Origin: a bacterium
GTDB taxonomy: Bacteria; Omnitrophota; Gorgyraeia; Zapsychrales; Zapsychraceae
Direction: 5' to 3'
Length of the DNA: 64,000 bases
Assembly: GCA_030429765.1 (NCBI GenBank)
Contig: JAUIER010000012.1
Location: 32,916-96,915, forward strand
Numbering within the stretch: the first letter of the stretch is position 1; each line of letters begins with the position of its first letter. Below, one piece after another: positions 38,796 through 49,274 of the stretch. Under the pieces are notes generated by a model that had not been told where the DNA came from, did not search any database, and saw only the letters and a list, made by a program, of their open reading frames with translations. The position numbers and the translations under genes were made by a program.

Positions 38796-38993
38796 ATGCC
38801 AAAGTTAAAGACGAACAGATCTGCGGCAAAACGTTTTAAGATTACCAAGAGCGGTAAGATCAAAAAACGTAGTGCAAGGCGGGGACATATATTGGGAAAA
38901 ATGAGTCGAAAAGCAAAACGAAATTTGCGTCAAAGCAGCTATTTATCCGACGCGGATTCGAAGAAGATAAGGAGGCTTCTGCCTTATGGTTAG
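38796..38993 (+). CDS. rpmI: 50S ribosomal protein L35
   Basis: MPKLKTNRSAAKRFKITKSGK...RRLLPYG; SD GGGAGG. Confidence 0.96.
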   Translation: MPKLKTNRSAAKRFKITKSGKIKKRSARRGHILGKMSRKAKRNLRQSSYLSDADSKKIRRLLPYG

Positions 38994-39657
38994 AATTAAA
39001 ACATCGGTTGCGTCGCACAGACGAAGAAAGCGTGTCTTAAAAGATGCGAAGGGGCAGTTCGGACAAAGAAGCCGGAACTTCACACAAGCCAAACGGTCGG
39101 TCATCAAAGGTTTAGTCTACGAGTACCGTGACCGTAAGGTTAAAAAGCGTGAATTTCGCCGATTATGGATCATTCGAATCAATGCCGCATGCGCGGAAGA
39201 AGGTATCAAGTACAGCCGCTTCATTAAAGGGTTGTCAGATGCGAATGTCGAAATCAATCGAAAGGCCATCGCCGAATTGGCTGTAAGTTCTCCAGAGGCA
39301 TTCAAGGAACTGGTCAAGATCGCACAAAACGGATCGTCAGCGGCGCCAAAGAAAAAAGAAGCCCCGGCCAAGCCAAAAGCCAAAAAGGCCGACTTTGTTG
39401 ATGCCATCGTTTTAATCGATGGAATCGGACCCAAGGCGGAAAAAACATTGGCCGATCAGGGAATCACGAAGCTAACTCAATTGGTGAAGATGTCCGATAA
39501 GGAAATCGCGGAGTTGGAAGAAGCCATTGGGAAGCCTGGTATCGTCGAAAAGGAAGAATGGATTGTCCAGGCCAAAGAAATGATCGGTGGAGCAGAACCG
39601 CGGGCGCAGGTTGATAAGGATCTGGCCGCGAAAATGCGAAAAGCTGCCGAAAAATAG
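38986..39657 (+). CDS. rplT: 50S ribosomal protein L20 with C-terminal helix-hairpin-helix extension
   Basis: YRDRKVKKREFRRLWIIRINAA; extra ~105 aa including IDGIGPKAEKTL...WIVQAK. Confidence 0.93.
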   Translation: MVRIKTSVASHRRRKRVLKDAKGQFGQRSRNFTQAKRSVIKGLVYEYRDRKVKKREFRRLWIIRINAACAEEGIKYSRFIKGLSDANVEINRKAIAELAVSSPEAFKELVKIAQNGSSAAPKKKEAPAKPKAKKADFVDAIVLIDGIGPKAEKTLADQGITKLTQLVKMSDKEIAELEEAIGKPGIVEKEEWIVQAKEMIGGAEPRAQVDKDLAAKMRKAAEK

Positions 39658-39682
39658 TATCATTATAGAAATCAAAAATCAG

Positions 39683-39715
39683 ATTGGGCCCTTAATTTAA
39701 GGGCCCAATTTATTT
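39683..39715 (+). terminator. Terminator after rplT
   Basis: attgggccctt-aattt-aagggcccaat followed by a T-rich tail. Confidence 0.8.
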
Positions 39716-39806
39716 ATAGGGACAATTTACCGGAATAGAGTTGTCCGGACTTTTTTTCTATATTAGAATTTATAGATTAACAGCAGTCTGTATACCCAAT
39801 TAAAAT

Positions 39807-41156
39807 ATGAAAATAGTCATTGTTGGAGCAGGTCGGATTGGTCGAAATCTCTCGAAGACTTTGTCGGAGGAGGGGAATGAGGTCTATCTGATCGAAAATA
39901 ACAAGGCCGTGGCCACGCGGTTCGGAGATAAGCTCGATGTCAAGATTATCATCGGCACCGGCTCGGACCCGAATACTTTGCTCAAGGCTGATATCGCCAA
40001 TGCTGATTTGGTTCTGGCCGTGACCACATCCGATGAAACCAATTTGGTGGTATGTACGTTGGCGGCGTCGTTCGGAACCAAAAGACGGATCGCCAGGGTG
40101 CGCAATACCCGGCTTAGGGCGACAATCGCCGAGTTTGGCTATAATATTTTCAATGTAAATGAGATTATTAATCCGGAACTTGTGGCCGCCGAAGCGATTG
40201 TTAAAACGATCCACACGCCCGGTGCCAGTGAGGTTGGAGAGTTTGCTTCCGGCCGTATACTGTTGAGGGCTTTTGACATCTCCGGATCATCGCCTTTGTG
40301 CGGTGTCAAGATTGGCGAGTTTGCCGATGATGATTTTCCTTGGCCGTTTCTGATTATCTCAATTGTGCGTGATCATGAAGTATTTATCCCCAAAGGCGAC
40401 ACCGTCGTCGAAGAAGGGGATCATATCTATGTTCTCTTGCCACGCCATTCTCTGGCCGAATTTGTGTCAGTTGTTAATCCGGAGATTAAGCCGCCGCGAA
40501 AAGTGGTTATTTATGGCGCCAGTATTACCGGAAGGCAATTGGCGACGTCCCTATCGCAAACCATCAAAGATGTCATCCTAATTGAGGAAGATAGAGATCT
40601 AGCACAGCGCGTGTCTGAAGAAATCAGTAATGTCACGGTAATTAATGGATCAGCGTCAGAGTCGGAGATCTTGAATGAATGCGGCGTCGAGGTGGCGGAC
40701 GCCTACATTGCCACATCCAAAGATGATGACTCCAACCTCATTAGTTCGGTGTTGGCCAAACGTTTGGGCGCTCGGATGACTATCATCACAACACAGCAGC
40801 CGGAGTATATGGCGATCGTTGATGCCTTGAATATCGATGCCATTATCAACCCTCATTATCTGGCGGTGGAACAGATTCTACAGATGGCTCGCGGACGTAG
40901 TATCAGCTCGGTTACCAAATTAATGGAGTGTGATGCCGAGGCCATTGAATTGGTTCCGCAAAAAAATGCCCTCATCACCCGCAATCCCCTCAAAAATATT
41001 AAGCTTCCCAAAAACTCTATTGTCGGCGCAGTCTCATCTGAAAATGAGGTCACGTTGGCCAATGGTGATACACATATTAAGGAAGGCGAAAAAGTCATTG
41101 TTTTTTGTCATGAATCCGCCCTTAAAAAAGTTCAAGCGCTTTTTGCTCCTAAGTAA
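39807..41156 (+). CDS. trkA: Trk K+ uptake NAD-binding subunit
   Basis: Two RCK-N/RCK-C pairs; GAGRIG. Confidence 0.93.
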   Translation: MKIVIVGAGRIGRNLSKTLSEEGNEVYLIENNKAVATRFGDKLDVKIIIGTGSDPNTLLKADIANADLVLAVTTSDETNLVVCTLAASFGTKRRIARVRNTRLRATIAEFGYNIFNVNEIINPELVAAEAIVKTIHTPGASEVGEFASGRILLRAFDISGSSPLCGVKIGEFADDDFPWPFLIISIVRDHEVFIPKGDTVVEEGDHIYVLLPRHSLAEFVSVVNPEIKPPRKVVIYGASITGRQLATSLSQTIKDVILIEEDRDLAQRVSEEISNVTVINGSASESEILNECGVEVADAYIATSKDDDSNLISSVLAKRLGARMTIITTQQPEYMAIVDALNIDAIINPHYLAVEQILQMARGRSISSVTKLMECDAEAIELVPQKNALITRNPLKNIKLPKNSIVGAVSSENEVTLANGDTHIKEGEKVIVFCHESALKKVQALFAPK

Positions 41157-41175
41157 TTCCTAATCGTCCACTATT

Positions 41176-42630
41176 ATGCACAAGAGATTTGTTATTAATA
41201 TTATTAGTCGAATCGTCCTCTTTGTCTGTGCTTTGATGCTGATACCACTGGCATGGGCCGTAGTGGACGATGTGCACCATCAGGAAGTTGAAGCGTTTAT
41301 CATTACAATTATTTTCGGTGCTATTGTTTCCAGTCTTTGTCTATTCTTTTTTCGTTTTCAAAAATCAGATTTTAAAAAAATTAATTCCAAGGACGGGTTG
41401 GCTATTGTCGGCTTGTCATGGGTGATTTTGTCGGCCTTTGGGGCGTTACCGGTGTATTTGAGTGGCGAGGTATTGAGTTTTACAGACGCGTTTTTTGAGA
41501 CGGCCAGCGGTTTTACCACGACGGGGGCGACCATCATGACAGATATTGAGGCCCTCTCACCGGGCATCATGTTCTGGCGGAGTCTCACGCATTGGCTGGG
41601 CGGAATGGGGATTATCGTGTTGTATATCGCCCTGCTTCCGGCTATCGGGGCCAATACTTTTCAATTATACAAAGCCGAGGCCCCCGGACTAGATGTGGAG
41701 CGGATCGAACCGCGTATTCGCGAGACGGCCAAAAAGCTCTGGTTTGTCTACTTTGGGTTTACGATCGTTCAGACGGTTTTGTTGATGTTCGGCGGGATGT
41801 CACTTTTTGATGCTTTATGTCATACATTTGGAACCATCGCCACGGGTGGTTTCTCAACCAAAAATCTGAGTGTTGCGTACTACAATGATTATATCCAGTG
41901 GGTGATTATTGTATTCATGTATCTGGCCGGGATCAATTTTATCCTGCATTTTCAATTGATCCGGGGTAATGTTAAAGCGATTTTTAGGAACGAAGAGTTT
42001 CGATACTATACGGCCATAATTCTGGTGATGACTGCCATTAGTGCCTTTTTGATCTCCATGACCGGCATGTCAGAAAAGCCGATCCAGGATGCGGCGTTTC
42101 AGGTGGTATCTGTTCTCACATCCACGGGATTTATAACGGCCGATTTTGACTTGTGGCCTAATGCCTTGAGATTTTTATTTGTACTGATGATGTTTGTCGG
42201 CGCCTGCGGCGGGTCAACGGGCGGAGGGATGAAGATTGTCCGGTTTTTTCTGGCGATCAAAATCTCGATACGATCAATCCTGCAGACGGTCTTTCCAAAC
42301 GCGGTTTTTTCCATCAAATTTAATGATAAGCCATTATCGGAAAAAGTCGTCACGGCTGTTCTCGCCTACTTTACGATTTATATGTTTTTGTTTTTATTCG
42401 GGGCGGCTTTATTTACCCTAACTGAATCGTGTGACTTGATTACATCAATGACGGCTTCTGTATCAGCCCTGAGTAATATTGGTCCCGGCCTCGGCAGGAT
42501 CGGCCCCGTACAGAATTATGCCTGGGTCAGCGTCCCGGGAAAATGGCTGCTGACATTTTTGATGTTGGCCGGCCGTTTGGAGCTGTATTCGATCCTGATC
42601 CTGTTTGTCCCGGCGACCTGGAAAAAATAG
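41176..42630 (+). CDS. trkH: Trk K+ uptake membrane subunit
   Basis: FETASGFTTTGA, ATGGFS, GACGGSTGGG.K, SNIGPG, GRLE. Confidence 0.95.
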   Translation: MHKRFVINIISRIVLFVCALMLIPLAWAVVDDVHHQEVEAFIITIIFGAIVSSLCLFFFRFQKSDFKKINSKDGLAIVGLSWVILSAFGALPVYLSGEVLSFTDAFFETASGFTTTGATIMTDIEALSPGIMFWRSLTHWLGGMGIIVLYIALLPAIGANTFQLYKAEAPGLDVERIEPRIRETAKKLWFVYFGFTIVQTVLLMFGGMSLFDALCHTFGTIATGGFSTKNLSVAYYNDYIQWVIIVFMYLAGINFILHFQLIRGNVKAIFRNEEFRYYTAIILVMTAISAFLISMTGMSEKPIQDAAFQVVSVLTSTGFITADFDLWPNALRFLFVLMMFVGACGGSTGGGMKIVRFFLAIKISIRSILQTVFPNAVFSIKFNDKPLSEKVVTAVLAYFTIYMFLFLFGAALFTLTESCDLITSMTASVSALSNIGPGLGRIGPVQNYAWVSVPGKWLLTFLMLAGRLELYSILILFVPATWKK

Positions 42631-42689
42631 TAAGGAAAAATAATTTTTGGTGTTATAATGCTCCCGTTTATCACAGAGGGAAAGACGAT

Positions 42690-43700
42690 ATGAGTATGAA
42701 TTTTGAAGAGATAAAAGCCAGTATATCCACGGAAGCGGCCCAGGTATCCGATGCCCAGCAGCTTGAGGCGTTTCGGATCAAGTATTTGGGCAAGAAAGGC
42801 GTGATTCAGGATATCTATGCCTCGCTGGCCCAGGCCCCGAATGAAGAAAAGCGGACGATTGGAAAGGCGGCCAATGAAATCAAACAGCTGGCGACTCGCG
42901 TCATGGAGGAGCTCAAAACTCGTGTTGGATCGGCCGGCGGAGGGAAAGCACGACGATCTATTGATCCGACCATCCCCGGGGTGGCGCCTAGGGTGGGATA
43001 TAAGCACTTGCTGACCCAGACGATCGAGGAAATATCGGATATATTTGAGAAGCTGGGTTTTGTCATTGAAGATGGACCGGAAGTTGAGACCGAATTTAAT
43101 AATTTCACGGCACTAAATATTCCTGAAAATCATCCATCCCGCGACGGTTTTGACACGTTTTACACGACCGCCCGGAATCCCGAGGATCAATCATCTCATC
43201 TACTTCTGCGGAGTCACACATCACCCGGACAGATTCGAATTATGCAGAACAACAAGCCGCCTTTGGCGGTGATCATCCCGGGACGCGTGTATCGACCCGA
43301 CGCCGTTGATGCCAGCCATTCATTTATGTTCCATCAGATTGAAGGTTTGTTGGTCGATAAGGATGTGAAATTTTCAGATTTAAAGGGATTACTGAACGCG
43401 TTTTGCAAGCGTCTGTTTGGCAATGATATTCAGATGCGGTTTCGACCGCATTATTTTCCATTTACCGAGCCCTCAGCGGAGGTTGATATTTCCTGGCGCG
43501 GCGGTAAACGCGACTGGCTGGAGATTATGGGATGCGGAATGGTTCATCCGAAAGTCTTTGAGTATGCGGGATATCCCAAGGGAAAATATACGGGATTGGC
43601 CTTCGGACTTGGTGTTGAACGAATGACGATGCTGAAGTACGGCATCAAGGATATTCGGCTTTTTTATGAGAATGATCAAAGATTTCTGGAGCAATTTTAG
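42690..43700 (+). CDS. pheS: Phenylalanine--tRNA ligase alpha subunit
   Basis: LRSHTSPGQ, FHQIEG, FRPHYFPFTEPS, FGLGVER; start reassigned to 42690. Confidence 0.97.
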   Translation: MSMNFEEIKASISTEAAQVSDAQQLEAFRIKYLGKKGVIQDIYASLAQAPNEEKRTIGKAANEIKQLATRVMEELKTRVGSAGGGKARRSIDPTIPGVAPRVGYKHLLTQTIEEISDIFEKLGFVIEDGPEVETEFNNFTALNIPENHPSRDGFDTFYTTARNPEDQSSHLLLRSHTSPGQIRIMQNNKPPLAVIIPGRVYRPDAVDASHSFMFHQIEGLLVDKDVKFSDLKGLLNAFCKRLFGNDIQMRFRPHYFPFTEPSAEVDISWRGGKRDWLEIMGCGMVHPKVFEYAGYPKGKYTGLAFGLGVERMTMLKYGIKDIRLFYENDQRFLEQF

Positions 43701-43703
43701 ATT

Positions 43704-45731
43704 ATGAAGATAAGTCTGAACTGGATTAAAGATTACGTCGACGGAAAATTCAAGGCCGATACCCTGGCGCATCGATTAACCATGGCCGGCCTTGAGGTCG
43801 AAGAGATATCACATGTCGGCAAGGATACGGTGTTTGAATTGGAAATCACACCGAACCGTGCCGATTGTTTGAGTATGTTGGGTATGGCCCGGGAGATCGC
43901 TACAATTTTTGAGTCAAAACTGACCGTTCCATCCATCCCAAAATCCAAGGCCGTTAAGGCCACAGTGCCGGTCAAGATCGAGGATAAAAAAGATTGCCGA
44001 ATTTATACCGGACAATTGATTGAAGGGGTAGCCGTCAAGGAGTCACCGAAGGAAATTCAGCAGCGATTGCAGTCAATCGGTATCCGGCCGATCAGTAATC
44101 TCGTCGATGTTACCAACTTTTGTATGATGGAAATGGGCCAGCCGCTTCATGTTTTCGATGCGGATAAACTGGCCGGCGGATCTATTGTGGTGCGTCGGGC
44201 GCGTAAGGGTGAAAAGATCGTGACCATCGACGATGTAGAACGAGAATTAGATGAAGGCGTGTTGGTGATTGCCGATGCCGAAAAGCCGGTCGCCATTGCC
44301 GGGATCATGGGTGGAAAAGATACGGAGGTCACGTCCGCGACCCGGAATGTTCTGCTGGAGAGTGCCTATTTCGATCCGATCTTGATTCGGCGCACATCAA
44401 GAAAGCTGGGATTGTCGAGTGATTCATGCTATCGATTTGAACGCGGTGTGGACATCGCCGGCGTGAACCGCGTGGGACAACGGGCGTTAGATATGATCTT
44501 GAATTTGGCCGGCGGCAAGGTTGTCGCGCGCGGACAGGCCGGAACAGATCAGGTGAAGGCAGTTAAACCGGTCAAGATCAGTTTGGATCGAATTAATTCT
44601 TATTTGGGAACATCATTGAACGCCACTCAGGTCAAGGGAACCCTGAAGAAATTGAATTTTTCCATTGTTTCCCCCAAAGCCGGTCATTTTGAAGTGACGG
44701 CACCGTCATCGCGCAGCGATATTCATTCAGATGTGGATTTGATCGAAGAGGTGGCCCGTATTATTGGGTATGACAATCTTCCAGAGAGTCTACCGAATAT
44801 TCAGGTCGTCAATATTCCGGAAAATTCGGACCGACAGCGACGGCAGCAGCTGCGGGAAATGATGCTGTCACAAGGGTTCAGCGAAGCGATTACATTTTCT
44901 TTGCTAAACCGCAAAGAGCTGGCGCAGGCCAAGGTCGAAAGCAAAGATGTGTTAGCCATTTCAAATCCGTTATCGCTCGATCAGGAAATTCTACGTTCCA
45001 GTATGTTGCCGTCACTGCTTCAGGTGGTCCGGGCCAATGTCAACCGCGGGCAGCGGCATCTGCGTCTTTTTGAGCTAGGTAAGATCTATCAAAGTACGGG
45101 GCGGGAAGCTTATACATTAGGGATAGTTTGTACGGGAAACCTCGTCGACGATTGGCGTGAACTAAAAAAGCGAAACATCGGTTACTATGATATTAAAGGC
45201 GCCATTGTTCAGGCCTTTGAACGAGCCTCCCTGGGAGGTTTAGAATTTGAGGCCTCTCAGTTTCCCTATTTTGAAGAGGGAAACAGTGTCGCGATGATGC
45301 AGGGTGGTAAGCCATCCGGTATGATTGGCCGCGTACAGGATGGTGTCTTGAAAAATTTTGGGATCAAGATCAAGGATGTGTGGTTTGCGCAGGTCCGTGT
45401 GCCAGCCGTCGGTAAGCCGATACCGGTTGTTAAATTTAAGGAGTTGTCGGAGTATCCGGCCATCACACGGGATATCAGTTTGGCCCTGGACCAGAATATT
45501 CAGTATAAAGATGTACTGGCGGCGGCCAGGAGTAACGGCGGTGAATTTTTGCAGGACGTCGTATTCTGCGAGGAATACTTAGGCGAAAAGATTCCTGCGG
45601 GTCAACGCGGGATCATTATTTCTCTAAAATATCAATCCAACGACCGGACATTGACAGAGCAAGAGGTCAATGACGCGCATCAACAGGTGCTGGATCAGAT
45701 AGTCAGCTCCTTCCAGGCAACCATTCGATAA
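43704..45731 (+). CDS. pheT: Phenylalanine--tRNA ligase beta subunit (short form lacking the B2 OB-fold)
   Basis: GLEVEE runs almost directly into ELEITPNRADCLS; DLIEEVARIIGY; C-terminal anticodon-binding domain. Confidence 0.95.
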   Translation: MKISLNWIKDYVDGKFKADTLAHRLTMAGLEVEEISHVGKDTVFELEITPNRADCLSMLGMAREIATIFESKLTVPSIPKSKAVKATVPVKIEDKKDCRIYTGQLIEGVAVKESPKEIQQRLQSIGIRPISNLVDVTNFCMMEMGQPLHVFDADKLAGGSIVVRRARKGEKIVTIDDVERELDEGVLVIADAEKPVAIAGIMGGKDTEVTSATRNVLLESAYFDPILIRRTSRKLGLSSDSCYRFERGVDIAGVNRVGQRALDMILNLAGGKVVARGQAGTDQVKAVKPVKISLDRINSYLGTSLNATQVKGTLKKLNFSIVSPKAGHFEVTAPSSRSDIHSDVDLIEEVARIIGYDNLPESLPNIQVVNIPENSDRQRRQQLREMMLSQGFSEAITFSLLNRKELAQAKVESKDVLAISNPLSLDQEILRSSMLPSLLQVVRANVNRGQRHLRLFELGKIYQSTGREAYTLGIVCTGNLVDDWRELKKRNIGYYDIKGAIVQAFERASLGGLEFEASQFPYFEEGNSVAMMQGGKPSGMIGRVQDGVLKNFGIKIKDVWFAQVRVPAVGKPIPVVKFKELSEYPAITRDISLALDQNIQYKDVLAAARSNGGEFLQDVVFCEEYLGEKIPAGQRGIIISLKYQSNDRTLTEQEVNDAHQQVLDQIVSSFQATIR

Positions 45732-45776
45732 AATGTTGTGGGTTTATCGAACAGTTGTGTTAAAATAATTGCATTG

Positions 45777-45937
45777 AAGTAATCCCTGCTGTGTTTGTTA
45801 GGGCGATAAAAAAATGAACCTAACATAATAAACGGGACGCCTGATGACTAAAACGCCCGTGGGCTTTTAGAGAGGGTACCCACTTGGTGGCTCGGTTCAC
45901 CAATTATATCGTCCGACGGCATAAGTGGGGATTACTT
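45777..45937 (+). ncRNA. ssrS: 6S RNA
   Basis: Long closing stem aagtaatccc...ggggattactt, A-rich central bubble and gaacc/ggttc inner helix; classic pheT-ssrS-ygfA-rny synteny. Confidence 0.85.
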
Positions 45938-46086
45938 TGCTTTTCCCTCCTACCTTCCGATTTCTTCACCTAAATAATGACCAAAATCTGCGATTTCCAC
46001 CCCGATTTTAAGATTGTACAAAATCTAAAATAATGCTAAGATATTGCCACTTAAAATATATTTCGTTGCTGTTCTAAGCGATTAAC

Positions 46087-46644
46087 GTGCAAATAAATAC
46101 AAAAAAAGAGTTACGGAAGTATGTCATAACGCTTTTAAGAGGGCAGGAGGAAGAAAAGCGACAAGAAAAAAGCTTGGCGATACATCGTAAGCTTTTAAAT
46201 ATGAATGAGTTTCAACAATCATCTCATATTTTATTCTATGCATCGACCGAAGAGGAAGTCATCACAACAGGAATGATCAATGATTCACTTGATCTGGGCA
46301 AAACGGTAGGATTGCCGTATTTTGATCCGGCTGATCCGCATATACAGCCCAGAATTATCCATAATTTGGAAACCGATACGCAACAAGGACCTTATGGTAT
46401 CCGACAACCAAAAATCCAAGACAACAACATCATGCCGTCGATTGATATGGTCATCGTGCCCGGTGTGGCGTTTGACATGTCCAACCGACGCTTGGGTCGA
46501 GGTGGCGGATACTATGACCGGTTTCTAGGAACACTGCCAGCCGGGACTATTACCGTCGGCCTTGCCTACGACATTCAAGTTTTTGATCAATTACCTCAGG
46601 TCGAGTCACATGATGTTCCTGTGACGCATGTCTTGTCTAATTAG
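46087..46644 (+). CDS. ygfA: 5-formyltetrahydrofolate cyclo-ligase
   Basis: KKELR, VPGVAFD...RLGRGGGYYDRFL, HDVPV. Confidence 0.95.
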   Translation: MQINTKKELRKYVITLLRGQEEEKRQEKSLAIHRKLLNMNEFQQSSHILFYASTEEEVITTGMINDSLDLGKTVGLPYFDPADPHIQPRIIHNLETDTQQGPYGIRQPKIQDNNIMPSIDMVIVPGVAFDMSNRRLGRGGGYYDRFLGTLPAGTITVGLAYDIQVFDQLPQVESHDVPVTHVLSN

Positions 46645-46709
46645 ACGCTCGTCTTCCAACCATTACCCCTGCCGCATATCTCCGGACCATTGATAGAGAG
46701 GAGTCACCT

Positions 46710-48287
46710 ATGACTGAAGAAGCAGGAATTTATACGCAAAGCATTGTTTTATCCATCATCGTTATGGGGTCGGTTTTGGCCGGCTATCTGTTGCGATGGT
46801 TTTTTGCCAATAAAAAGCTGAAAGACGCCCAAGCTATGGCCAAAGGAATTGTTGATCAGGCCAAGCGTGAGGCGGAAAACCGTAAGAAAGAAATTGAGCT
46901 TCAGGGCAAAGATATGATGCTTCAATTGCGCCAGGAGTTTGAAGAAGAGACCCGTCACCGCCGTGAAGAGAACAATAAAATTGAAAAACGACTGATGCAG
47001 AAAGAGGAGAATCTGGATAAACGGGTGGATCTTCTGGAGCGTAAAGAAAAGGACATGGAAGAACGTCTGGATGAGTTGAAGGTCAAAGAGCAGAAGGTGA
47101 TCGATAACAATGAACAACTGGAAAAGGTCATTGCTGAAGAAAAAGATCGATTACAGAAAATTTCATCGATGACTGAAGAAGATGCCAAAAAGCTATTGTT
47201 ATCTCGGGTTGACGAAGATTTGCTGCAGGAAAAAGCATCACGTATCCGCGCTATGGAAGAAGAAATTAAAAGTACCGTGGATAAAAAATCACGGGAAATT
47301 CTGAGTGTTGCCATTCAACGGTGTTCATCGGAACATACAGCGGCATCGACCGTGACCGTGGTGTTATTACCGAGCGATGAAATGAAGGGACGGATTATCG
47401 GACGTGAGGGGCGTAACATCCGCGCGCTGGAAGCGGCGGCAGGGGTGGATATCATTATTGATGATACCCCGGAGGCGGTCACGATTTCAGGATTTGATAT
47501 GTACCGTCGTGAAACAGCCCGAATCGCGTTGGAAAACCTGATTGCGGACGGTCGGATTCATCCGGGCCGGATTGAGGAGGTTGTTGAAAAGGCCAAAAAG
47601 GAAATGGAGAACCTCATCAAAGAAGAAGGCGAAAAAACGGCCTTTGATTTAGGGATTCATGGGATGCATGTTGAGCTGTTAAAATTGGTCGGACGTCTGA
47701 AATTCCGTACCAGTTATGGTCAGAATGGTCTGCAGCACACCAAAGAGGTCGCGATGTTGATCGGTTCAATGGCCTCGCAATTAGGTCTTGATTCTAAACT
47801 GGCGATGCGTGCCGGATTGCTGCATGACATTGGAAAGGTTGTCAGTCAGGATGTTGAAGAAGGAACACACGCGATCGTGGGTGGAAATCTCGCCCGCAAA
47901 TATGGCGAACGAGAAGAGGTCGCCAATGCCGTTGAGAGTCATCATGACGAGGTTGAGTCAACGACGATTTACGGGGCATTGGTTTGCGCGGCGGATGCCA
48001 TCAGCGCGTCCAGGCCCGGAGCGCGGGCGGAAACGTTGGAGACATACGTCAAGCGTCTGGAAAATCTGGAAAAGATTGCCAATTCATTTAAAGGAATCAG
48101 CAAGGCGTACGCATTGCAGGCCGGGCGAGAGGTCCGCATGCTGGTTGATCCGGACAAGATTAATGATGATGAGGCGATTGTTCTGGCCCGTGATTTGCGA
48201 AAGAAGATTGAAGAGGAAATGGAATATCCAGGACAGATCAAGGTCATTGTCCTTCGTGAGACACGCGCGGTTGAATTTGCCAAATAG
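46710..48287 (+). CDS. rny: Ribonuclease Y
   Basis: TM, coiled coil, KH (KGRIIGREGRNI), HD (LLHDIGK), QAGRE. Confidence 0.97.
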   Translation: MTEEAGIYTQSIVLSIIVMGSVLAGYLLRWFFANKKLKDAQAMAKGIVDQAKREAENRKKEIELQGKDMMLQLRQEFEEETRHRREENNKIEKRLMQKEENLDKRVDLLERKEKDMEERLDELKVKEQKVIDNNEQLEKVIAEEKDRLQKISSMTEEDAKKLLLSRVDEDLLQEKASRIRAMEEEIKSTVDKKSREILSVAIQRCSSEHTAASTVTVVLLPSDEMKGRIIGREGRNIRALEAAAGVDIIIDDTPEAVTISGFDMYRRETARIALENLIADGRIHPGRIEEVVEKAKKEMENLIKEEGEKTAFDLGIHGMHVELLKLVGRLKFRTSYGQNGLQHTKEVAMLIGSMASQLGLDSKLAMRAGLLHDIGKVVSQDVEEGTHAIVGGNLARKYGEREEVANAVESHHDEVESTTIYGALVCAADAISASRPGARAETLETYVKRLENLEKIANSFKGISKAYALQAGREVRMLVDPDKINDDEAIVLARDLRKKIEEEMEYPGQIKVIVLRETRAVEFAK

Positions 48288-48292
48288 TTGAG

Positions 48293-48346
48293 AGCTGCAG
48301 ATTGCTGATTTTGTTTGTGAAATTTGGCAGCTGCAGCTTTTTTATT
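48293..48346 (+). terminator. Long hairpin plus T-tract between rny and ymdB
   Basis: agctgcag...ctgcagct followed by TTTTT. Confidence 0.65.
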
Positions 48347-48374
48347 TACATCTATAAATGGAATTGAGGAACGT

Positions 48375-49169
48375 ATGAACGTTTTATGTATTGGAGATAT
48401 TGTAGGGCGTCCGGGACGAGAGGCGTTGGAACATTGTCTGGATAAAATCAAAGAGGAATATCAGGTAGACTTCACCATTGTGAATTCAGAAAACGCGGCG
48501 GGTGGTGCCGGATTAACATCAAGGATAGCCAAAAAATTTTTAAAGTTCGGTTGCGATGTGCTGACACTCGGAGACCATACGTGGGACCAGAAGGAATTGG
48601 AGGAATATTTGGAGGATTCCGAACGGGTGATACGACCGGCGAACTTTCCCGAAGGCGCGCCGGGCCGCGGATGGTGCGTGCAGACCAGTCAATCGGGCGT
48701 TAAGGTCGGTGTGATCAATTTATTGGGGCGGACATTCATGCGTCATCAAGTTGAATGCCCGTTCCGGGCGGTCAAGGCTATTGCTGAAGAGATCCGTCAG
48801 CAAACACCGGTCATTATTCTGGATATGCATGCCGAAACCACCAGCGAAAAAATGGCCATGGGGCATTTCTGCAACGGCATGGTATCGGCTGTATATGGAA
48901 CCCATACGCATATTCAAACGGCGGACGAGACCGTGCTTGACCGCGGGACGGCCTATATCACTGATGTCGGCATGAGTGGTCCATATGATTCGGTGATAGG
49001 ACAGAATACCGAAAATATCATCGAGCGTTTTTTGAGCAGCCGGCCGATCCGGTTTCAGGTGGCCGAACAGAATATCAAGATTTGCGGAGTGGTGGTGTCG
49101 ATTGACGAAGCATCGGGTCAAGCCAGCAAGATACAGCGGATCCAATATCCGTACCAACCCCAGTCATAG
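48375..49169 (+). CDS. ymdB: YmdB-family metallophosphoesterase
   Basis: IGDIVGRPG, NSENAAGG, DMHAETTSEK, GTHTH; start reassigned to 48375. Confidence 0.93.
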   Translation: MNVLCIGDIVGRPGREALEHCLDKIKEEYQVDFTIVNSENAAGGAGLTSRIAKKFLKFGCDVLTLGDHTWDQKELEEYLEDSERVIRPANFPEGAPGRGWCVQTSQSGVKVGVINLLGRTFMRHQVECPFRAVKAIAEEIRQQTPVIILDMHAETTSEKMAMGHFCNGMVSAVYGTHTHIQTADETVLDRGTAYITDVGMSGPYDSVIGQNTENIIERFLSSRPIRFQVAEQNIKICGVVVSIDEASGQASKIQRIQYPYQPQS

Positions 49170-49274
49170 CCAATAAGGAATCTACAATTACCTTGTTCGG
49201 CTTTGGATCATATACTATAATTTACGTATCGCCGAAATTATCGCGATCGAAATGGCCTAGATAAAGGGGGATAT

